Shown here: piece after piece, positions 18,882 to 26,561 of the stretch
Layout of the letters: every line of letters starts with the position of its first letter
Position numbering within the stretch: position 1 is the stretch's first letter
Origin: Candidatus Cloacimonadales bacterium
Lineage (GTDB): Bacteria > Cloacimonadota > Cloacimonadia > Cloacimonadales > JAIOQZ01
Direction: 5' to 3'
DNA: 64,000 bases
NCBI GenBank assembly: GCA_963662655.2
Contig: CAXXTU010000002.1
Location: 3,040,001-3,104,000 of the forward strand
Made by a program: the position numbers and the translations under genes
The notes under the pieces: generated by a model
Told to the model about the DNA's origin: nothing
Database searches by the model: none
What the model saw: only the letters and a program-made list of their open reading frames with translations

Positions 18882-20924
18882 TTATTTCAGAAGCAGCATC
18901 TTGTTGATTTTCTTGTAGGATTCGGTTTCAAGGCGGTAGAAATAGATACCAGAACCAACAGGATTGTTGTTGTTATCGATTCCGTGCCATTCTGCTGTGT
19001 GGTTACCTTCATTGTAGGTTGGGTAGGTCTTTACAACCTGGCCAAGTACGTTGTAGATGGTAAGTTTAGCAGTTTCATCCTTAGCAACCGAGAACTTGAT
19101 GGTGGTTTTCGGGTTGAAAGGATTCGGGTAAGCGTTGCTGAGAACCGTGAATTCAGGAATATCGGAAGCTGGGTCGGTAACGGTAACGGTAACAGGACCG
19201 TGGAAACCGGTAAGACCACCGTTTTCGATTGCCTGGATCCAGTAGTAGTAGTCGCCAGGTTCTACTTCATTATCGAGTTCTTCGTAAGTTGTAGTAGAGC
19301 TCTGGTTGAGAGCCTGGATAAGCTCCTGGTTGATCGGGGTAGCTGTGTTGACATCGTTTTCCTGGCTACGAAGAACGTTGTAACCAATCATATCTGATTC
19401 GGACTGAGTTACCCAAGTCAGAAGAACATTGCCATCAACCTGATTGAAGGTTGCGTGGAATGACTGGAAGGTAACAGGCAGTGTGATGTCATGAGCTGCG
19501 ATTTCTATGTCGCCACCGGTACGGGTTGAAAGATTCAGTCCCGTGATGGTGATGATACCGGTAACATCGTCATACGACCAGCTTGCTGGAGCAAGGAATT
19601 CTTCCCATGCGCCATCGTTGTGGTAGAACAGGTCGGTAATTGTGAGGCCTGGGCCAACATTGAGTTCGATGGTTCCGTTCAGGTTTGAAGGATCGCCAGC
19701 GTTGATGTTGAAACCAAACAGGAAGGTTGTTCCTGGAAGCGGAAGAGCTGGTGCACCAAATCCAAGAAGGGTTGCTTCGTCGGTTGTGTAGTCAACTAAG
19801 ACAACTGCTGTAACGCCAGCGATAGGATCGATGATCACAGTTACGCCAGGAAGGTTGATGGTTACAGGATCCGTACCGTTGCAGTTTCCACCGTTATGAG
19901 AGGTGTTTTCACCTTCAGCGTATGTTGTAAAGTTCCATACAAGAGCTTCACCCGCATCGCGGTCTTTGCTTGATTTGCTGAGCGTACGAAGGGTTGCAGC
20001 TTTCTTGAGGCCCATTGCAGCGCGTGCTGGTGGTGCGTAGAAAGGAACAACCTGTGCAAAGTATCCCATACCCATTGTAAGTTCAACAGGTACTTCTACC
20101 ATTGTATCAAGAACTTCGAGGTTATCGATGATAGGAGATTCGAAGGTTGGGTTGTCAGCAAATGTTACAAAGTAACTTGTTGGAGCAACACCAGCTTCTG
20201 GAGCATCCCACCAGAGGTAAGGAAGATCAGTAGCGATACCAGTTGCGCCGTTAGCTGGATAAGGGTTCATCGGCATATTCGGTGTCCACTGGTCAGCTGT
20301 GAATACGTAGCCGATGTAATCCTGATCGATAGCTGCTGTATAGAAGAATTCAGGATCGAAAGAGTATCCTTCTTTAGCAGGGGTAATGGTTACTTCAGCG
20401 CCTTCTGCAGCGGTAAATGACCAGTCACCTGTTTCAGTGGTTGTCAAAGTAGCTGGATCGGTATTCACGCCGGTGAATTCGACGCCAGCCATTCCAATGT
20501 TACCGCTGATGGTGTAATTGGTAGGGCCTGAGGTTCCGAAAAGGATGTCACCGAGAAGAGTCTGGTCACCACCACCTCTTGCGAAAGAACCGGTATAGAT
20601 CAAGCCCGTATCGTTGTCGATAAGAGAGTAATCAAATGGCTGAGTTGCGTAGTTAACGGTAAAGACAGACAATTGAATCTGGAAATAACCGGAAACAGCT
20701 TCGTGGAAGCTACCATTGGCAGTATCGGTCTGGCCAGGCCAGTTGTAGTAGTAAGGTCCCATTGCGAAAGGAACCGTGGTTGAAACCTGGATACCGATAT
20801 TCTCATGAGGTGTTGTACCATCTTCATAGTAGAAATATCCCCAAGCTGAATGCGGAGTACCAGGTTGTGCAAACATTAAGCTCGCGATAAAAAGTAGAGA
20901 TATAAGTCCTAATGCTTTCTTCAT
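18882..20924 (-). CDS. Secreted non-catalytic surface protein (Ig-like domains, TLPVTF linker, C-terminal sorting domain)
   Basis: Signal peptide MKKALGLISLLFIASLMFA; AYPNPFNPKTTIKF...GSGIYFYRL...KMLLLK; AAGGAG RBS. Confidence 0.85.
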   Translation of the reverse strand: MKKALGLISLLFIASLMFAQPGTPHSAWGYFYYEDGTTPHENIGIQVSTTVPFAMGPYYYNWPGQTDTANGSFHEAVSGYFQIQLSVFTVNYATQPFDYSLIDNDTGLIYTGSFARGGGDQTLLGDILFGTSGPTNYTISGNIGMAGVEFTGVNTDPATLTTTETGDWSFTAAEGAEVTITPAKEGYSFDPEFFYTAAIDQDYIGYVFTADQWTPNMPMNPYPANGATGIATDLPYLWWDAPEAGVAPTSYFVTFADNPTFESPIIDNLEVLDTMVEVPVELTMGMGYFAQVVPFYAPPARAAMGLKKAATLRTLSKSSKDRDAGEALVWNFTTYAEGENTSHNGGNCNGTDPVTINLPGVTVIIDPIAGVTAVVLVDYTTDEATLLGFGAPALPLPGTTFLFGFNINAGDPSNLNGTIELNVGPGLTITDLFYHNDGAWEEFLAPASWSYDDVTGIITITGLNLSTRTGGDIEIAAHDITLPVTFQSFHATFNQVDGNVLLTWVTQSESDMIGYNVLRSQENDVNTATPINQELIQALNQSSTTTYEELDNEVEPGDYYYWIQAIENGGLTGFHGPVTVTVTDPASDIPEFTVLSNAYPNPFNPKTTIKFSVAKDETAKLTIYNVLGQVVKTYPTYNEGNHTAEWHGIDNNNNPVGSGIYFYRLETESYKKINKMLLLK

Positions 20925-20939
20925 GACTTACTCCTTGTA

Positions 20940-21587
20940 TTATTGTTTCTTTGAATTTGATTTTGAAGTAACATTGGCTTCGTTGCGAGTTGCAGTACGA
21001 ACAGTACCATTCCAGCCAAGATACTCGGTGGTTGAATTGATGAGGATACCTTGGCCGATCTCAACACTGAAGTCACCAGGATTACCAACTATGTACTGTT
21101 GCCAGCCACCATTCCAAGCGGAAATACTGGTAACATCTGGACCAATGTCTGCCGCAAGCAAGCTAGCAAGGTTCAAGTCGCTACAATCGAGAGGCAGCAT
21201 AATCTGAGTGAAGTTGCCACCAACGATGTCGAAACTTGCGGGTGTTCCAACTGTTCCTTCAATGTACCAGGTTACAGGGCTGGAGACATTTGCATTCTTA
21301 ACAAGATAAGAATGATCAGCATAAACATCAAATACTCCTGGGTTGCCAACGAGCCACTGGTGCCAGCCGTTATCCCAGTAAGAAATGGAAGAGATGTCGG
21401 TTCCCATGTCTGTAGCAAGGTCACTAGCGTCAACCATCGTAGTTCCGAAAGGAAGTGCAACAAAGCCATAGTTGTTTGTTGCAACAGTGTACTGAATGTA
21501 CCCAACGACATCGCTTGGTTCTGACTCCAAAGCGAAAAGCATGGAAATACCGAAAAGTACGAGTAACGGTAAGATAACTCTTTTCAT
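20940..21587 (-). CDS. Small secreted protein: N-terminal ESEPSDVVGY strand, two internal repeats, basic tail
   Basis: Start MKRVILPLLVLFGISMLFA after AAGGGGG; repeats 'FVALPF..DASDLATDMGTDISSISYWDNGWHQWLVGNPG.F' and 'QIMLPL..LASLLAADIGPDVTSISAWNGGWQQYIVGNPG.F'. Confidence 0.85.
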   Translation of the reverse strand: MKRVILPLLVLFGISMLFALESEPSDVVGYIQYTVATNNYGFVALPFGTTMVDASDLATDMGTDISSISYWDNGWHQWLVGNPGVFDVYADHSYLVKNANVSSPVTWYIEGTVGTPASFDIVGGNFTQIMLPLDCSDLNLASLLAADIGPDVTSISAWNGGWQQYIVGNPGDFSVEIGQGILINSTTEYLGWNGTVRTATRNEANVTSKSNSKKQ

Positions 21588-21691
21588 TCGTTCCCCCTTA
21601 CAGGTTTTATTTTTTTTGTCAGTATTAATTTCCCCATTTATTGCCGTCATTATTTTGTTTCTCATTTCAACCTTGTCAATCTTTTTTTATT

Positions 21692-21727
21692 TTGTGGTCG
21701 GCTGAAATATTCAGCCGACCACATAAA
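21692..21727 (-). terminator. Hairpin/terminator after the 1467-aa gene
   Basis: TGTGGTCGGCTGAA...TTCAGCCGACCACA long inverted repeat. Confidence 0.65.
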
Positions 21728-21732
21728 TGACG

Positions 21733-24700
21733 TTATTTCTTGAAGTTCTCTTCTTGTTCAACTTCTACGCGACGTGTCTGGTTTCTGACAGGATCAGGTT
21801 TAACCATGGTGATCGCGAAGAACTTCTTCGTTCCGAGAGGTTCAGTGTATTCGGTAGCTGTCGTGTTCGTTTCAAGCGTCCATGTTGTTGGGGCTGCAAA
21901 CGGATCTGTGCTGCTATAGACATTATAGCTTTCAGCGCCAGCTACTGCATCCCAGTCGAGCATGTAGTTCACGCCATCATCAGAATGGGTGAAGTTCAAC
22001 GGAGTGTAGTAGAACATAATCGCCAGGTTTTCACAGAGGCGGTTCTCGTTGTATTCGTAAAGGACACCGTCTGTGCCGGATCCATTTTGGATACCAACAG
22101 TAGTGCTGTTCATTTCAATGTCATCTTCAAACAACATGTATTGGAACTTGATGTTCCCATTGCTGTAAAGAATAACCTGAGCTGTCAAGTCACCGATGCC
22201 ATTGAGTTGATGGTAATTCTGCATGGTGAATACCAGAGCATCCATTCCATCAACAGCCATGGTTTCGTAGTAAATATGAACTTCTTCATCGCCTTCATGA
22301 TCATCCGGATCGAGATCGTTCCAGAACCACGCAATCATTTCATTATGACTTGTGTAGGGGATATTATAGTTCGTATAAGAAACCTGTGATCCATCAAAAT
22401 TGAGCACGCCGTTGGCGCAGAAATAGATGGAGTCATGTTTTACACCGTAAAACTCGAAATCGAAGCCAATTGGGTAAGGCCCAATCTCTGCATCATCAGA
22501 AGGAAGTGGCAGGATTTCGGTTGGTGTGTTGTGAGTGACCCAGTTGTAGGACGGTCCGCCAGGAGCAAAGCTATTTGCCCATGTGTAGAAGAAGCCTATG
22601 CCTTCGCCATCCCAAGGAAGAGCGTTTGTTGTGATTTCATGTTCTGAGAACTTCGTCCCATCGCCCTGAGATGTCACGGTCAGAGTTGCCATGTCGGTTT
22701 CTCCGGCAAGGCCATCAATGGTAACCTGTACTTCAGCATCGTAAGTGTCGCCAGAAGCTACTGTTACGCTAGGGGCATCGACCCACACCGAGGTCCAGGC
22801 ATTGCCTGTAAGCGTAAGGTTGTAGGTATCTGCTACGCCGCCAGTATTGTTGATCGATACTGTATAAGTTACTGTTTCACCGGGGAAAGAGCTCTGTTCT
22901 TCTAAGTCGATTGTCGTTTCGAAGTCAAAGTTTGCGACAGCTTCAGTTGTCATCTCGGTTTCTGCCATACGCGTGTTGTCGCCCTGAGAGGTTACCGTCA
23001 CGGTAACGGCATCGATATCACCAGGTTCTGCTGTGCCAGGAACCGCAACCTTCACATAGATAGTGACGGCGGTACCTGAGGCGACAACGCCAGTATCGGT
23101 AATCTGGCTACGAGTGCCTCCGGAAGTATTCCAGAAGGTTACATCCCATGTGTTGTCTGTCGCTGCGAGATCGTAGGTATCGGACATCGATCCGCCATTA
23201 AAGATTTCCACTGGGTAGATTGCGTCTTCGCCAATGATAGCGGAACCGCTCTGAGGAGCTGTAAGGATACTAACAAGGTAATCCGGAGCTTCATTGATTT
23301 CAACGTTATCGACACCGATTCCGTAGCCATATTCTGATAAGCCGTTGAATGCGATCCAGTATGTGCTTGTCGGGTTGGGAAGAGCTATTTCAGCAAGTTC
23401 CCAATCGGTTATATTTTCAGTCCATTCCGTAATCATCGTCCAGTCGCCGCCCTCTGCGTTTTTATACCAGACAGAGAGAACATCCTGATCGCTTCCCCAT
23501 GCATACTGTGTGTGATAGAAAGAAAGGAATGGCTGGGAAAGTGTGGTTAAATCGAACATCGGCGTAACAAGCTTGGTCTCATCGGAGGTATAGTTACCCG
23601 AGTAGAAAGACGCGTTATAGTTGCCTTCATATGTGTGGTTGGGATAGTTATGGTTTGTGCCGTAGCAACCAACCTGGAATTTCCAGTCAATTACATCGTT
23701 TACGTATTCCTGGGACCAGCCGGCAGGAAGCGTTCCCGATTCGAAGCCCTGAGTGTATGGAAGGCTGAGGTCTTCAACTTCTGGTCCTGTGAGTTCGCCG
23801 GTTTCCGGGAATCGAAGATTGCCCATGTCGGTAGTGGCTGTGAAGTAGTATGTATGCTGTCCTGCGGTAAGAGAACCGGTGCGTACATAGGTTCCATCAC
23901 CAGGATTGCCGCTGCCGAGGGACATGGACGAACCAAAGCTATTTCCGTCGATGTGAACGTAAATATGAGTTGGAGCTGTACCCGTCGGGTGCCAGTAGTT
24001 CACGGACCATTCATAGGCGTCGGATTCAAGGCCCAATTCCGGAGTTACCGATCCCGCACTGAGGACTGGTGATGCCGGCGGAACGATGAGGTCGGCGCCG
24101 ATATCCCATGGGGTTACACGAGAGTCGCCATCGATGTCGTCTGCGAACCATGCGCCAACGTTAGTTCCGGCCTGGTAAGCTGGAGATGCACCCGCGTTGA
24201 CGTTGCTGATATGCAGGTCGTTGTTGGCGGCATCATCATAATATGGATCGCCTTCAAGACTGTTTGCATCCTGGCCATTCGCTGCTGTCCAGTCTGCAAG
24301 CGTCGTGTACGATACGTAATCAGCCAAGCCTGAATCATAGCACATAACAAGCGGAGAGCCGTCACCATTATTGAAGAACACGTTGTTGTCGATGATGGTG
24401 CTAGCATGAGTTGTCCAGTCCTGGTCAACAAAGAGAACACCATAATTGGTAACGGTTGTATCGTCACGATAAAGAATGTTATTCTTGAGTTCCACATCGG
24501 AGTTCGATATGGTTACGCACATTGCAAAGCTTCCGTTATCCAGAATTTCGAATATGGAGTTGTTCCATGCCATCATGTTAGCGCCAACTCCGCAATCATA
24601 GAAACCGATACCTTGTGTACGGTTGTTCGATGAGAAGTTGTTCCAGATTTGGCAGTTCGTAGATTCTGCGAAGCCGAAGCCTACCCAGTTGTTTGCATAA

Positions 24701-26136
24701 GAAACGCAATTGCTCACCCAAACGTTGTCGGAAAGCTCAACGCGGATACCGCCCTGATAACCGTCGGTCAAGTGGATGCCATCGAACCAGACGTTGCCTG
24801 AGTTATAGACATAAATCGAAGACCAATCAGCCCAAGCGCCGCCATCAACGATAACATCACCGCTTTGTGGATAGAAGTGTACCATAGCAGTTGGGGAAGA
24901 TCCGTAAATGGGGTTATCAAGCGTTGCCTCTTCCACGTATGTGCCGGCAGTAACTTCAACGTTCACATTTCCATCGATACCGCGCAGTATCAGATCATCG
25001 AAGCAATCCTGGAATGTTGTATAGTCTCCACCGCCAGCAGCGTCAATAACCAACGTACCGCTAAGTGGCGCATATACTTCGGGAAGAGCAACCGGTGTTT
25101 CAGGAGCTGTATCTGGGAAGTAGATGGTGCTGCTACCGGAGACAAATTCGAAGTAGTAGTTGTGCGATCCAACCGGAAGCGTGGTTGTATAAGTAAAGGT
25201 TTGCCAATCCATGTAGTCCGGAGTTCCTTCCGGTGGTGTCATGGCATACGGTGAACCGTCGATCACAACGTTGTAAGCTGTTGGTGCATTGCCAGCGGGA
25301 TCAGCGTAAGCTACCGTATAGGTAAATTCTGTTGCTGCGTTTCCTTCCTCCAGGTCAATCGCGCCGCTAGTCAGAGCGGGTTCTGTGATGGGTGGGTTGT
25401 AGCTGATTGTAAGGTACGGCGGGTTTGTTTCATTCCAGCCTTCGAAAAGGATGTAATAGGTCGTGCCGATGTCGCGGCCCCACATACCCATTGCGATCCA
25501 TCCCTGAGCTACGCAAGCCTCCGTGTCTTCCAGGATGGTACCTGTGAGGACATGGGATACCCAGTCGTTGGGGATGGTTGCCGTTTCATTCTGGTAAAGA
25601 TAGTAGCCAGCAGCGGCTTCTGCCTGCATATCGGCATACAAGTCCGCTTCAGATGCTGTGAGCGGATCGACGGTGACGGGGGTTAATGACCAGTAAGCCC
25701 AGTTGTTTTGGTATACAAATCCGTTGAACTCAACCTGTGTAATGGTTGAGCCGGCTGGAATACCGGAAAGATCAAACATAAAGTAGCCCTGTTCAGCCCC
25801 TGGGCCCCATCCGTTTACCAGGCTTGACTGGGTGCGGGTGGTTCCATCGGTAGTACCTGTCCAGTTCGCAACAGACTGCGGTCCGCAGATCACATCGTCG
25901 CGTGTACCGATAGCTGGAGCGATTACTACATTTTGTTGCGCTGCATTCAAAGTAGCGCGTTCTTCTGACGTTGCAACACCGGCAACCACGCGATCTTTCA
26001 TTTGTTGAAGCGTGTGCTGTGTTGGGTTAGCAATCCGACCATTCGGATTGTAGGACGTAACGGTTTTTGCCTGTACGGCCATCAGGGCCACAGACATCAC
26101 GAATAGAAACGCAATCAAGACAACTGTTTTTTTCAT
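21733..26136 (-). CDS. Giant secreted multidomain adhesin-like protein (Ig repeats, parallel beta-helix, cleaved-adhesin/MAM-like domain, terminal incomplete FN3; no sorting domain)
   Basis: Signal peptide; Asn-rich beta-helix; 'LPYTQGFESG...TKLVTPMFD...YWIAF...GVDNV'; AAGGAGG RBS. Confidence 0.85.
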   Translation of the reverse strand: MKKTVVLIAFLFVMSVALMAVQAKTVTSYNPNGRIANPTQHTLQQMKDRVVAGVATSEERATLNAAQQNVVIAPAIGTRDDVICGPQSVANWTGTTDGTTRTQSSLVNGWGPGAEQGYFMFDLSGIPAGSTITQVEFNGFVYQNNWAYWSLTPVTVDPLTASEADLYADMQAEAAAGYYLYQNETATIPNDWVSHVLTGTILEDTEACVAQGWIAMGMWGRDIGTTYYILFEGWNETNPPYLTISYNPPITEPALTSGAIDLEEGNAATEFTYTVAYADPAGNAPTAYNVVIDGSPYAMTPPEGTPDYMDWQTFTYTTTLPVGSHNYYFEFVSGSSTIYFPDTAPETPVALPEVYAPLSGTLVIDAAGGGDYTTFQDCFDDLILRGIDGNVNVEVTAGTYVEEATLDNPIYGSSPTAMVHFYPQSGDVIVDGGAWADWSSIYVYNSGNVWFDGIHLTDGYQGGIRVELSDNVWVSNCVSYANNWVGFGFAESTNCQIWNNFSSNNRTQGIGFYDCGVGANMMAWNNSIFEILDNGSFAMCVTISNSDVELKNNILYRDDTTVTNYGVLFVDQDWTTHASTIIDNNVFFNNGDGSPLVMCYDSGLADYVSYTTLADWTAANGQDANSLEGDPYYDDAANNDLHISNVNAGASPAYQAGTNVGAWFADDIDGDSRVTPWDIGADLIVPPASPVLSAGSVTPELGLESDAYEWSVNYWHPTGTAPTHIYVHIDGNSFGSSMSLGSGNPGDGTYVRTGSLTAGQHTYYFTATTDMGNLRFPETGELTGPEVEDLSLPYTQGFESGTLPAGWSQEYVNDVIDWKFQVGCYGTNHNYPNHTYEGNYNASFYSGNYTSDETKLVTPMFDLTTLSQPFLSFYHTQYAWGSDQDVLSVWYKNAEGGDWTMITEWTENITDWELAEIALPNPTSTYWIAFNGLSEYGYGIGVDNVEINEAPDYLVSILTAPQSGSAIIGEDAIYPVEIFNGGSMSDTYDLAATDNTWDVTFWNTSGGTRSQITDTGVVASGTAVTIYVKVAVPGTAEPGDIDAVTVTVTSQGDNTRMAETEMTTEAVANFDFETTIDLEEQSSFPGETVTYTVSINNTGGVADTYNLTLTGNAWTSVWVDAPSVTVASGDTYDAEVQVTIDGLAGETDMATLTVTSQGDGTKFSEHEITTNALPWDGEGIGFFYTWANSFAPGGPSYNWVTHNTPTEILPLPSDDAEIGPYPIGFDFEFYGVKHDSIYFCANGVLNFDGSQVSYTNYNIPYTSHNEMIAWFWNDLDPDDHEGDEEVHIYYETMAVDGMDALVFTMQNYHQLNGIGDLTAQVILYSNGNIKFQYMLFEDDIEMNSTTVGIQNGSGTDGVLYEYNENRLCENLAIMFYYTPLNFTHSDDGVNYMLDWDAVAGAESYNVYSSTDPFAAPTTWTLETNTTATEYTEPLGTKKFFAITMVKPDPVRNQTRRVEVEQEENFKK

Positions 26137-26511
26137 GTTTTCCTCCTTACGTATGCCTTTGCGTAAAATTAGAAATATTTTTCAGGTGATAATCGTGTAA
26201 AGCGCGCAGTGATACCACCTGATAAAAATCGCATTTTCAGGAAATTCGGGTTCTTAAATGAAATCGCAACGTTGTTTTCCGAGTGAAATTCTGAATCAAA
26301 TAACAAGGTGCTATATACTCCCCTCAAATTACTTACAAGGTTAAACGATTCACTTCATGCATCGTGCGGTATGCCAATCGCAGATACATTTATTACATCA
26401 TGCAGAATTTCAACACGTGCGGAGATTGTTGTCAAATTTTTTTTTTCCGGTATCGTTTTTTTTCAGGGACGGGGAATGCACGAATCCATAATCCTTATGT
26501 TTTTTAATGAT

Positions 26512-26541
26512 AAAGGGGAAGCGCCGAAACACTTCCCCTTT
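26512..26541 (-). terminator. Intrinsic terminator
   Basis: AAAGGGGAAG-N10-CTTCCCCTTT just downstream of the stop at 26562. Confidence 0.65.
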
Positions 26542-26561
26542 GCTATTTCTTACCCGAAAGA

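Noticed and set aside
16727..19260. Near-identical repeats as a diversity-generating retroelement TR/VR pair
   Set aside because: No reverse transcriptase in the window, differences do not look adenine-specific, and both copies are 3' ends of paralogous genes.
26137..26510. Long leader of the 1467-aa gene as a riboswitch (TCAGGTG/CACCTGA inverted repeat, ACGCAAAG)
   Set aside because: No complete known aptamer consensus could be recognised by eye.
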